Shown piece by piece: positions 24,379 to 33,348 of a stretch of DNA of 64,000 nt; within the stretch, counting starts at the first letter, position 1, and each line of letters begins with the position of its first letter. The translations under genes and the position numbers were made by a program. Source of the stretch: a virus. Taxonomy: Duplodnaviria > Heunggongvirae > Uroviricota > Caudoviricetes. The notes under the pieces were generated by a model that made no database searches, was not told the DNA's origin, and was given only the letters and a program-made list of their open reading frames with translations. The stretch is taken from the IMG/VR virus record IMGVR_UViG_3300047444_000753, positions 5,256 to 69,255 of that record; one strand, given 5' to 3'.

Positions 24379-24451
24379 GCCTTTGTAGCTCAGTGGATAG
24401 AGCACGGTCCTCCGGAGACCGGGGTCGGGAGTTCGATTCTCCCCAAGGGCA
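24379..24451 (+). tRNA. tRNA-Arg (CCG)
   Basis: D-arm GCTC/GAGC, anticodon stem CGGTC/GACCG with loop CTCCGGA, T-arm GGGAG/TTCGATT/CTCCC. Confidence 0.85.
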
Positions 24452-24476
24452 CTCCATCAACGACGAATGAGGACCC

Positions 24477-24983
24477 ATGATTCAGATCAATGTTGGCTGC
24501 GGAGAATTCCGTGCTGAAGGCTGGCTCAACGTAGACATCTACAGCGGAGACGAAGGCCCTCAGCCTGACATCATCGCTTCCGCCGATGACCTGCCGTTTG
24601 GCAGCGGTACCGTGGACCGGATCTACGCCGGACATATCCTTGAGCACATCGAGCTGAGCAAGGTTCCAAAGATCCTCCGGGAGTTCAAGCGTGTCCTCTC
24701 ACCCACTGGAGGTCTCCTTGTGGTCGGCCCTGATCTAGACCGCGCTGAGGTTGACTTCCCTGAAGAGGTCGAGCTGATCAAGACGGGCGGTCACCGCTGG
24801 CCCGGGGACGCACATCTCTGGGAGAGCCGGGAATCCACCATGCTGGCACTGCTAGTCACTGGCGGCTGGGATGTCGCTACAGCTGACGTACATGAGGTAT
24901 ATTCTTCCGGGACGTGGCCGGTAACCAGTGGTGTCGGCTGGCAGTTTGCAATTTTTGCAACAAAGCTCCCAGAGGTGGCCTGA
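24477..24983 (+). CDS. class I SAM-dependent methyltransferase
   Basis: Motif I VGCGEF and DLPF acidic loop. 168 aa. Confidence 0.65.
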   Translation: MIQINVGCGEFRAEGWLNVDIYSGDEGPQPDIIASADDLPFGSGTVDRIYAGHILEHIELSKVPKILREFKRVLSPTGGLLVVGPDLDRAEVDFPEEVELIKTGGHRWPGDAHLWESRESTMLALLVTGGWDVATADVHEVYSSGTWPVTSGVGWQFAIFATKLPEVA

Positions 24984-24984
24984 C

Positions 24985-25395
24985 GTGGGGATGTACACCG
25001 AAATCCACTTCAGGGCAGAGCTTATCAAAAATGTCCCGGAAGAAGTCATCAAAGTGCTGCAGCACCTGATTGATCGAGAATTCGCTCAAGAGTTTACTGA
25101 CCCGCTTCCAGATCACGAGCTCTTCCAGTGCCCTCGCTGGGATCTGTTGGCGCGCTGCAATTCCGCATACTTCCCGGACCACCCGGAGTCCTTTATCCAC
25201 GAGGACGAATACACTGGCCGATGGCACGTCACCATGAATGCCGACCTGAAGAACTACGGCGGAGAGATCGCGAAGTTCTTTGACTGGATCGATCCGTACG
25301 TCAGTGGGCATGAGGGCCAGTTCCTTGGGTACTCACTCTACGAAGAGTCCGATGATCCGATCATTTACCACAAACAATCAGCTAGCAGCTGGTAA
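24985..25395 (+). CDS. hypothetical protein
   Basis: GTG 24985 (or ATG 24991) after a GAGGTGG RBS. Confidence 0.55.
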   Translation: MGMYTEIHFRAELIKNVPEEVIKVLQHLIDREFAQEFTDPLPDHELFQCPRWDLLARCNSAYFPDHPESFIHEDEYTGRWHVTMNADLKNYGGEIAKFFDWIDPYVSGHEGQFLGYSLYEESDDPIIYHKQSASSW

Positions 25396-25396
25396 A

Positions 25397-25434
25397 GAAA
25401 TACCCCGCCAAATTCGATTCGACGGGGTATTTCT
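25397..25434. terminator. bidirectional terminator between convergent genes
   Basis: Perfect 12-bp stem AGAAATACCCCG/CGGGGTATTTCT, with A/T tracts on both sides. Confidence 0.75.
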
Positions 25435-25443
25435 ATGTCCTGA

Positions 25444-26472
25444 TTACTTCTGTGTTGCCAGCCATGCGTTCGCAGCTGTCTTGAGGTACGCCGGGAGGTT
25501 GTGGTGGGCGAGTGCGCGTTCCAGTGCCGCTACCAGATCCTTGTCCACCGTGTCTGCCGGAACAGGCGCAGGCGTCGGCTCCGGGGCTGGAGCAGGGGCA
25601 GGAGCCGGTGTCGGCTCAGGAGTGGGTGCCGGAGCCGGAGCAGGCGTCGGAAGCGGGAGATCGCCGCCTGTGAGCTGCTTGAACAGGCTCGCCAGCGTCG
25701 GCAGGTCGATGCCCATGAGGAAGGACTTGTCCTTGAGCATTTCGGGCCAGATGACCACCCATGCCTCATCTTCCTGCTGGGTGACGAATCCGCGAGTCAT
25801 GGCGACATCGGTAGCCCACGTGATGATGTCCACGCGGTCAGAGGCCGTGCCGGACGGGTCGTTGTACTTTCCGGCCAATACGGCGTGTCCGCCCCAGTCC
25901 GGGGATCCCGAGACATAGTCCCAGACCTTCTGGCGCTGCTGCGCGGTCTTCAGGCTCAGGCCGAGCAGGACGCCGCCGAAGAGGGCAATCGCCTTGTCCA
26001 AGGTATCCATGTCGCCCGGTGCGATCTTGGCGAAGGCGACAGGCTTGGCTCCGCCGATGCCACCCTTCATCAGAGCCTCAAGCATGGTCTGCATGTCCAC
26101 GCCGTTGTCGTCCTGCTTGGAGGAGCCGTCCGGCAGCGTCGGATCAAACTTGGGGTTGCCCGAGCGGCGGTACAGATCGAAGACATCGTTGAGTGCCGGA
26201 GCCTGCTCTGCGCCCAGCATGGCCGAAGTCACGAGACGACGGTGGTTGGCCACGGAGGTAGGGCCGCAGGTGCCGAAGCGGTCATTGGCTCCGAGCTCCC
26301 AGCCGGTTGCCTGTGAGAAGTGGTCCACGAAAGTCGGAACTTCCGGAGTAGTTCCAGTGAGGAAATCGCGGAGCATCAGTGCGGGCTTGTGGGAAGGGTT
26401 GCGCTTTCCGAGTTTTACGGACTCGAATGGGAATTCAGTGTTGTCAGAAGTAGACATTGGTGACTTTCTCAA
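25444..26472 (-). CDS. putative papain-like cysteine peptidase with Pro/Ala/Thr linker and C-terminal helical domain
   Basis: Candidate C/H/D triad (GTCGPT ... GGHAVLAG ... DIITW). TPAPAPAP linker resembles the endolysin linkers. Confidence 0.45.
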   Translation of the reverse strand: MRKSPMSTSDNTEFPFESVKLGKRNPSHKPALMLRDFLTGTTPEVPTFVDHFSQATGWELGANDRFGTCGPTSVANHRRLVTSAMLGAEQAPALNDVFDLYRRSGNPKFDPTLPDGSSKQDDNGVDMQTMLEALMKGGIGGAKPVAFAKIAPGDMDTLDKAIALFGGVLLGLSLKTAQQRQKVWDYVSGSPDWGGHAVLAGKYNDPSGTASDRVDIITWATDVAMTRGFVTQQEDEAWVVIWPEMLKDKSFLMGIDLPTLASLFKQLTGGDLPLPTPAPAPAPTPEPTPAPAPAPAPEPTPAPVPADTVDKDLVAALERALAHHNLPAYLKTAANAWLATQK

Positions 26473-26517
26473 AGATTTACAGGAGCATGGACTAGTATAC
26501 GCGGCAAAGCTGGGAAT

Positions 26518-27843
26518 TTACTCATAGTCCATGAATTTAATCTTGCCATTACGGGTCAAGAATGTGACTGCGGACGGATTTCCGACCAAACCAGTGCGGT
26601 GGCGGAAATATGTGGACTCTTTCTCGAATGCAGGCGTCCGGATCATGTGCTTGAAGTTCTGCTGCTCGTAAACGCCGGAGTGCAGGTGGCCGCAGATGAG
26701 AATATCGGCCTTACCGGGCTCGTGATCGCCCCAGTGCTGTCCGCGCCACCACTCCCAGTGCTTACCACGCGCCCACTGGTGTCCGTGGGCGTGCGTGATG
26801 ATGCTGCCAGCGACCTCTACAGTCGTCGTAAGCTCGTCGTAGGGCACAACTTCACAGGTGACGTGTCCGAAGGCCTCAGGATTGAAGGAAAGGGCCTCCG
26901 AGACGGCTACAAGGGCGTCAACTGCCCAAGAATCCGAGAAATCGGTCGCCACGGGCTCGCGCTGGGCCTCATCGTGGTTTCCGGGGACGGAAACGACGCG
27001 CAAATCGTCAGTCAGCGGGGCAAAAGCCTTGATTGTCTCGGTCATGAGCAGACGGAGGAGCTTTGCCTGCTGTGTGGTACTCAATTCGGTCCTGCGGGCG
27101 TTCCTACCGCCCTGTGAGACCATGCCCTCGATGCAATCGCCCACCCACGAGATGAGAATGGGACCGTACATGTCCCGGAGGGCGTGAGCCTTGTTCACGG
27201 CCAGCTGGAGGGATTCCCGGTAGCGTTTTACGATTCCCTCCGTACCATCAGCATCGGATTTTCCGAGCTGGAGATCTCCTGCGGCGAATACGAAGGCGTA
27301 ATCTCCGGGAGAATCGACTTCGGCGTGCGGTACGACGTCCTTGATGTTCTCAACGATGTACGCAATGTCCTGAATGGTCTTACGCTTGCGGATGTTGAAC
27401 TTGTAGTAGGAGAGCCAGTCACCGCCGTAGGCCTGCCACTGGCGGACCTGAATGGTCTCATCGATGACCTCGAAAACGTCGGGATCAATCTGGAAAAAGC
27501 GCAGGATGTCGGAGAAATCCTTCAGATCCGGCTTGTTCTGTGCCGGGGAGCAGACCTCGCCCTCATCGCCCTTGACCGTCGCCTGCGGTTCCCAGCCCTT
27601 GGGCGGCTTTCCGAGGAAAGGCTGCACAGGTTTGTCGCTCTTCTTGGCGTGGAACCTGCGGTGATTTGACAAAGCCTTGCGTGATATGGATATATTGTAG
27701 GTAGAGAGAAGTCGGCGGGAGATCTCGGCAGACTCCACTTGCTCATCGAACCAGCCGTGGATCTCATTTGCGATATTGTCTCGCAAATTGCAGGTGAGGC
27801 ACTGTGGATTGTAGTCAAACAGTGCGGTTTTTTCTGTTGTCAT
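26518..27843 (-). CDS. calcineurin-like metallophosphoesterase with N-terminal CxxC zinc-finger
   Basis: MPP motifs GDLQLG, GNHDE, GHLH; N-terminal CLTC. Confidence 0.7.
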   Translation of the reverse strand: MTTEKTALFDYNPQCLTCNLRDNIANEIHGWFDEQVESAEISRRLLSTYNISISRKALSNHRRFHAKKSDKPVQPFLGKPPKGWEPQATVKGDEGEVCSPAQNKPDLKDFSDILRFFQIDPDVFEVIDETIQVRQWQAYGGDWLSYYKFNIRKRKTIQDIAYIVENIKDVVPHAEVDSPGDYAFVFAAGDLQLGKSDADGTEGIVKRYRESLQLAVNKAHALRDMYGPILISWVGDCIEGMVSQGGRNARRTELSTTQQAKLLRLLMTETIKAFAPLTDDLRVVSVPGNHDEAQREPVATDFSDSWAVDALVAVSEALSFNPEAFGHVTCEVVPYDELTTTVEVAGSIITHAHGHQWARGKHWEWWRGQHWGDHEPGKADILICGHLHSGVYEQQNFKHMIRTPAFEKESTYFRHRTGLVGNPSAVTFLTRNGKIKFMDYE

Positions 27844-27945
27844 ACTGGGTATCGTACCACATTTTGGTGTGGTAGTATAACTTTCATGCCGAATACGACA
27901 TTGACACCCGCAAATAGTGAAACACCATCAACAAACGAAGTGGAT

Positions 27946-28164
27946 ATGGTGAATTCACCACCCCACTACAATGGCCACCCCAAAGGGTACGAAGCCATTG
28001 ACATCATCGAGGACAACACCTTCCTGAACCTCGGAAACGCCATGAAGTATCTCTGGCGCGTCTCATGGGGCAGCAAGGGCCGCGACATCGAGGACCTGCA
28101 AAAGGCCATCTGGTATATCCAGCGCGAGATCTCCCGCCGTCTCAAGAATGCGGTGAGCAAGTAA
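27946..28164 (+). CDS. DUF3310-family phage protein
   Basis: Characteristic SPPHYNGHPKGYEAIDII...NAMKYLWR...DL.KA.WY signature. Confidence 0.7.
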   Translation: MVNSPPHYNGHPKGYEAIDIIEDNTFLNLGNAMKYLWRVSWGSKGRDIEDLQKAIWYIQREISRRLKNAVSK

Positions 28165-28382
28165 TGGCGTTCATCGATCCGGGCAACTCCCAGACCTACG
28201 AAGCGACCGTCAAACTCACGTGGTCCAGCGAAATCTTCGAGGGTGATCCCGACGACGTGTTCGAACTGGCAGGCCTTGAGCGGGTCTTCCTTGCAACCGT
28301 CTTGGACACTGCGGTACTCGCACTGAATCCCGAAGACGCCACCTTCGACATCATCGCCATCGATCCGGTTCTGGAGCCCTAA
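28164..28382 (+). CDS. hypothetical protein (72 aa)
   Basis: ATG overlaps the previous stop (TAATG). Confidence 0.55.
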   Translation: MAFIDPGNSQTYEATVKLTWSSEIFEGDPDDVFELAGLERVFLATVLDTAVLALNPEDATFDIIAIDPVLEP

Positions 28383-29437
28383 TGAAAATTCTCGCCCTCT
28401 CCGCCGATGAAGGTGGCTGCGAGTTCTACCGCATCAAGGAGCCTGCGAGAGTAGCGCGTCAGCTCGGCGTGGACATCGAGGTATCACACTCCATCGATGT
28501 CCGCGCCGAGACAACCCCTGATGGCCTGACAACGGTGCACGAGATCCACTCGGACGCCGACATCATCATCATGCAGCGCCCACTGGACAACTCCTTTACC
28601 TCGCTGATCAAGCAGGCCAAGCGTCAGGGCATCACCACTGTGGTGGAGCTCGATGACGACTACGAGACGATCAGCACGGCGAACGTCGCCTACGGGCAGG
28701 TCAATGGTAAGACTGCCATGGGTCCGTACTGGCTGCGACAGGCCACCGAATCCGCCGACCATGTCACCGTCTCAACCCCCGCGCTGGAGAAGTACGCACC
28801 CCATGGCCGGGTGTCGCTGCTGCGCAACTGCGTCCCCGAACGATTCTTCGAGATGCCTCCCGCCTATGAACTGCACGACGGGATCCCGCCAGTGCTTGGC
28901 TGGTCCGGAACTGTCGGCACCCACCCCTATGACCTGCAGGAGGCTGGCCGGACGGTTGGCGAGATTCTGCGGAAGAACGACCTGAATTTTTACGTGGTCG
29001 GAGACGGCGGAAGGGTAGAGCAGAATCTCGACATCCGGAACGGGAAGATGCAGGCAAGTGGCTGGGTCGATGTCAACGAGTACCACAAGTACCTTCTGGG
29101 CATGACCCTCGGTATCGTCCCACTGGAGATTACCCCCTTCAATCAGGCCAAGTCCTCCCTCAAGGGCATGGAGATGGCGGCAATGGGCATCCCGTTCGTG
29201 GCATCCCCAACCCGTGAATACCTCCGTCTGGAAGCCTACGGCGTAGGCAAGACCGCCCGGAACCCGAGTGAGTGGCGCAGGCACCTGCAGCGCTGGATTG
29301 ACCGCCCTGAGGAGCTCCGTAGGGACGCGGAGCGCTACCGCAGTGAGGTACAATTGTCTATGACGTATGAAAAAAATGCTGCCGATTGGGTAGCTGCATG
29401 GAACAAAGCTTTGTCCTACAGAAAGTCCCAGTCATGA
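28382..29437 (+). CDS. glycosyltransferase (GT-B fold, family 4-like)
   Basis: 351 aa. GT4-type C-terminal domain with an EX7E-like region and GIPFVAS. Confidence 0.65.
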   Translation: MKILALSADEGGCEFYRIKEPARVARQLGVDIEVSHSIDVRAETTPDGLTTVHEIHSDADIIIMQRPLDNSFTSLIKQAKRQGITTVVELDDDYETISTANVAYGQVNGKTAMGPYWLRQATESADHVTVSTPALEKYAPHGRVSLLRNCVPERFFEMPPAYELHDGIPPVLGWSGTVGTHPYDLQEAGRTVGEILRKNDLNFYVVGDGGRVEQNLDIRNGKMQASGWVDVNEYHKYLLGMTLGIVPLEITPFNQAKSSLKGMEMAAMGIPFVASPTREYLRLEAYGVGKTARNPSEWRRHLQRWIDRPEELRRDAERYRSEVQLSMTYEKNAADWVAAWNKALSYRKSQS

Positions 29438-29679
29438 CACCCGAAGAACTGATCTCCTTTGTACAGAAGAACCCCACCAGCCTCATCTTGGTGGCATCCG
29501 ACGCAGAGGGCAACAGTTTCTCCTCGCTCGATGAGGTCTGTGCAGCCTACGTGCTGAAGGACTATGAGGGCGGGCGCACCGACGAGGTGTTCGACGCTGT
29601 GGACCTTGTCGATGAAACGGACCCGGATGAGGCAGTGCTGGAACACTTCAAGCCGGTTCTGGTCATCTATCCGTCTTAG
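29434..29679 (+). CDS. hypothetical protein (81 aa)
   Basis: ATGA overlap with the glycosyltransferase stop. Acidic. Confidence 0.55.
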   Translation: MTPEELISFVQKNPTSLILVASDAEGNSFSSLDEVCAAYVLKDYEGGRTDEVFDAVDLVDETDPDEAVLEHFKPVLVIYPS

Positions 29680-29714
29680 GGATCAAAGTCCGTCAAAAGA
29701 TTTTTTCCATAGGT

Positions 29715-29743
29715 GTTGACATAAATTTCTTGAGGGCCTAAGC
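29715..29743 (+). promoter_or_regulatory. promoter TTGACA-17-TAAGCT
   Basis: Consensus -35, weaker -10. Confidence 0.45.
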
Positions 29744-29786
29744 TATTTACAAGAGCAAGGCACAGACCAAGAAAAGGAAAAACACC

Positions 29787-30743
29787 ATGGCACACGCACT
29801 CGAAATCAAGGCAGACGGCAAGGCAAGCATGTTCTCCGGCGAGGGAAAGACCCCTTGGCACGGACTCGGTGAGGTAGTCTCCGGACTGGCCACCGCAGCA
29901 GAGGCACTGGAGTACGCAGGCCTTGACTGGACTGTCGAAAAGCAGCCCATCTTCTTCGGCGAACAGTTCAACGGTTTCCCGGGACGCTTCGCCACTGTCC
30001 GGACCTCGGATCAGAAGCCGCTCGGCATCGTCTCCGATGGCTACCACATCTTCCAGAACGTCGAAGCCTTCGACTTCTTCGACGCCGTCACCGATCACGG
30101 TACCGGCGAGGCACACTACACTGCAGCTGGATCCCTCTTCGGTGGGCAGCGCGTTTTCCTCACGGCCAAGATCGGCGATACCTTCGAGGTGGCCGGTCAG
30201 GATGCACACGACATGTATCTCCTGATCACTAACTCCCACGACGGCACGCAGGCCTTCACGGCAGCCATCACCACCATCCGCGCCGTCTGCAACAATACGG
30301 TCACCCTCGGCCTGAACTCCGCGAAGACCAAGTGGTCCATCCGCCACAAGTCCTCGCTCGAAGGCAAGGTCCACGAGGCCCGCGAGTCGCTGATGATGTC
30401 CTACAAGTACCGTGACGCCTTCCAAGAGGAAGTCGAAAAGATGATGGCGGTTCAGGTCAACAAGGACCAGTTCAAGAAGATCATCGAGGGCATCGTCCCT
30501 CCCTCCAAGTTCCAGCACGACAAGGCTGTTGCCGGAATGATGGACGTCTTCGAGAACGAGCCCACGGTCATCAACACTGAGGCCAACGGCACCGGCTACG
30601 GCGCATACAACGCCGTCACCTTCTGGTCCGACTGGGTCCGCAACTACCAGACCACCGACTCCCGCTTCAAGTCCCTTGTCGGCGGCGGCATCGCCGAGAC
30701 CCTGCGGGACAAGATGCACAGCAAGGTTCTGGCTCTCGGATAG
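29787..30743 (+). CDS. DUF932-family (phage/plasmid-like) protein
   Basis: N-terminal MAHALE...ADG signature typical of DUF932. Confidence 0.65.
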   Translation: MAHALEIKADGKASMFSGEGKTPWHGLGEVVSGLATAAEALEYAGLDWTVEKQPIFFGEQFNGFPGRFATVRTSDQKPLGIVSDGYHIFQNVEAFDFFDAVTDHGTGEAHYTAAGSLFGGQRVFLTAKIGDTFEVAGQDAHDMYLLITNSHDGTQAFTAAITTIRAVCNNTVTLGLNSAKTKWSIRHKSSLEGKVHEARESLMMSYKYRDAFQEEVEKMMAVQVNKDQFKKIIEGIVPPSKFQHDKAVAGMMDVFENEPTVINTEANGTGYGAYNAVTFWSDWVRNYQTTDSRFKSLVGGGIAETLRDKMHSKVLALG

Positions 30744-30808
30744 TATTGAAGCCTAGTAGTAAAAGTGGTAGGGTGTCTATAGATGCCCTACCACTTTTAT
30801 GAGGACCT

Positions 30809-31459
30809 ATGTATAAAGTCGGGATCGGTGTCATCACCATCCAGAAACGCGAACTCCACCCCAACCTGCTGAACCTGATCAGCCGCCCCACACAGTTCTA
30901 TGTCTACACGGACTACGAGCGCCGGGGTCCGGCCTACGGGCGCAACGAGTGCATCAAGAATCTGTACGAGGCAGGGTGCGACTTCATCTTCCTGTTCGAT
31001 GACGACACGTACCCACAGCTGGAGAACTGGCAGGAATATCTGATCGGCTGCCACGAACAGAGCGGCTACCACTGCTTCAGCTACCCGGACAAGAGAATCG
31101 CCACGCTCTACAAGAGCGAAGATCTCATCGACTTCTGGGCACACAACACCGGCTGTTTCAAGTCCATCACGCGTGAGCTGGTGGAGATGATCGGCTACTT
31201 CAACACCGCCTACAAGACCTACGGGCACGAGGACATCGCGTACCTGTACCGTGCCCGTGCATCAGGTCTGTCCGGAGACGGGATGGCAGACGCCAGCCCA
31301 AAGCTGATCCACGAGTACATCTTCAGCGAGGACATCTCCGGAAACCCTACGATACACAACATGACAGTGGCCGAGAAGACCGCTGCCATTGAGGCTAACC
31401 GCCCCGCATTCACGCAGGAGGTCTCCTCAGGAGTGCTGTATTACCCGTACACCAACTAG
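30809..31459 (+). CDS. nucleotide-diphospho-sugar (GT-A fold) glycosyltransferase-like protein
   Basis: DxD motif FLFDDDTYP. GAGGA RBS. Confidence 0.55.
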   Translation: MYKVGIGVITIQKRELHPNLLNLISRPTQFYVYTDYERRGPAYGRNECIKNLYEAGCDFIFLFDDDTYPQLENWQEYLIGCHEQSGYHCFSYPDKRIATLYKSEDLIDFWAHNTGCFKSITRELVEMIGYFNTAYKTYGHEDIAYLYRARASGLSGDGMADASPKLIHEYIFSEDISGNPTIHNMTVAEKTAAIEANRPAFTQEVSSGVLYYPYTN

Positions 31460-31526
31460 ACTTGCACTGTAAGTCCCTGTATGTTAGAGTTATTACACAA
31501 GCCCACCAACGACAGAAAGACATCAA

Positions 31527-32516
31527 ATGCCCGGAATTATTATCTTCCTCATTCTCACCCTTGTGGCCCTCGGGTTCGCAAAGTTCTTCAAGCACGAGGT
31601 CCCCGGCGTTACCGAGGACATGTACGGTCGCAAGAAGAGCGACGGAACGATCAAGACCAACCGCCTGCCCAACCGGATCGCGTACGGTGTTGCAGGACTC
31701 TTTGGAGCCCTTACCCTGCTGTTCTTGATGCTCAGCACCGTCTACACACAGGGCGTCGGAGAAGCCAGCGTCATCAAGTCCTTCACAGGTGAGATCGTAG
31801 GCTACAACGACAAGAGCGGCCTTGCTACTAAGGCACCGTGGGATGACCGTATCACCTACGACATTCTGAACCAGCAGGCCATCTTCTCCAACCCGAACAA
31901 CGTCCACGAGGACCAGAAGGACTTCGTCAAGGGCGGCGAGATCTCAGTCACTGACTCGGAAGGCGTTGGAGCCAATGTCGATGTCGCGGTCACGTACTCG
32001 ATTCGGGCCGACAAGGTCATTGACACCTTCAGCCACTACGGCGATCAGAAGGCTTTCGAAGCGAAGCTCGTGACGCAGGATGTGCGGACCATGGTCCGTG
32101 AGGCACCGTCAACCTTCACCACGATTGAAGTGCTCACCAAGCGCGATCAGGTCGAGGCCAAGATCGTTGAGGAGCTGAAGGCCCGCTGGGAGAAGGAGGG
32201 TGTTCAGGTAGAGAAGGTACAGCTGCAGGACATCCGCTACCCGGACTCCACCCGCCAGAAGTTCACTGATGCCCAGAACGCCCGGACTCAGGCAATTCAG
32301 GCTCAGGCCGAGCTGGACGCCACTAAGATCTCCTCGCAGCAGAAGGTTGTTCAGGCCAAGGCTGACGCAGAGGCCAACCGCGTGCTCAACGCATCCCTGA
32401 CCCCGGCAATCCTCCAGATCCGTGCACAGGATGCCTTCAAGGACGCAGCCAGCCACGGCAACATGGTAGTCACCGATGGAAGCACGATGCTCCAGCTTCC
32501 GGTAGCCAAGAAGTAG
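31527..32516 (+). CDS. SPFH/band-7 (stomatin/prohibitin-like) membrane protein
   Basis: N-terminal TM, band-7 core, coiled-coil tail (AQAELDATK...). Confidence 0.8.
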   Translation: MPGIIIFLILTLVALGFAKFFKHEVPGVTEDMYGRKKSDGTIKTNRLPNRIAYGVAGLFGALTLLFLMLSTVYTQGVGEASVIKSFTGEIVGYNDKSGLATKAPWDDRITYDILNQQAIFSNPNNVHEDQKDFVKGGEISVTDSEGVGANVDVAVTYSIRADKVIDTFSHYGDQKAFEAKLVTQDVRTMVREAPSTFTTIEVLTKRDQVEAKIVEELKARWEKEGVQVEKVQLQDIRYPDSTRQKFTDAQNARTQAIQAQAELDATKISSQQKVVQAKADAEANRVLNASLTPAILQIRAQDAFKDAASHGNMVVTDGSTMLQLPVAKK

Positions 32517-32525
32517 TAACAAGCA

Positions 32526-32580
32526 AAAGGGAAGCAGTCTGGCGTTCATTCGTCGGACTGCTTCCCTTTTTGTTGCTTTT
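32526..32580 (+). terminator. rho-independent terminator
   Basis: 14-bp stem AAAGGGAAGCAGTC/GACTGCTTCCCTTT followed by TTTGTTGCTTTT. Confidence 0.8.
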
Positions 32581-32617
32581 CCCGTGCTAATATTTCAGTA
32601 GTGTATAGTTAATTGAA

Positions 32618-32902
32618 ATGGTTACAACACCGATGGCGGGAACCCCAATGCTCGAATACGTATACACCAAACAACAACACAAGAGGACGATGACGATCCT
32701 CTTGACTCTTTGGGCGTTGCTATTTGTTGCCCGGATCGTCCTCTTCTCCATCTACTCGTGGGACTTCGTCTACTCCAGCTACAACCTGACGCTGGTGTCC
32801 GTCTCAGGCATCCTCGTAGGCCTCATCATCAGGACCCTGATCATCCGTAAGAGGTCCGTCGAACTGTCCCCGGAGACGATCGTCCTGCCCGTCCAAGAGT
32901 AG
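32618..32902 (+). CDS. small membrane protein (2 TM)
   Basis: Hydrophobic segments LLTLWALLFVARIVLF and LVSVSGILVGLII. Confidence 0.65.
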   Translation: MVTTPMAGTPMLEYVYTKQQHKRTMTILLTLWALLFVARIVLFSIYSWDFVYSSYNLTLVSVSGILVGLIIRTLIIRKRSVELSPETIVLPVQE

Positions 32903-32931
32903 TTGACACTCTGGAAGATACTGTGTATTCT
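32903..32931 (+). promoter_or_regulatory. promoter TTGACA-17-TATTCT
   Basis: Consensus -35. Confidence 0.45.
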
Positions 32932-32996
32932 TGTAATACAAACCAACGCAGTATCTCACCAGAGGTACAATGTACTAACTACTTAGAGGAGACACC

Positions 32997-33278
32997 ATGA
33001 CTACCACCGCCACCGCTCCGGCTGCATCCGCTCACAAGGTCAGCGAAAAATCATGGGAAGAGGGTACGGCCCCCCGTTTCAATGCCAAGGACCGCTGCGA
33101 TCTCTGCGGGGCTCAGGCCTATGTCGAGGCCGTCTTCACCAGCGGAAACAAGCTTCTATTCTGCTCCCACGACGCCAACGCCCAGCGCCCGCACATGGAA
33201 TCCAAGGGTGTTTTGGTGCTGTGGTACTCAGAAACTGGCCGTCTCAACGAGAACCGCAAGCAAGGATCCGAAAACTAA
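32997..33278 (+). CDS. hypothetical Cys-rich protein (93 aa)
   Basis: GGAGA RBS. CDLCG...CSH zinc-binding-like pattern. Confidence 0.6.
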   Translation: MTTTATAPAASAHKVSEKSWEEGTAPRFNAKDRCDLCGAQAYVEAVFTSGNKLLFCSHDANAQRPHMESKGVLVLWYSETGRLNENRKQGSEN

Positions 33279-33348
33279 AGGTTTACAGCACGGCCACTAT
33301 GGTGTAGAATGGGATACTGTAAGACGATTCCTGTTCCTACCAGCGTAA

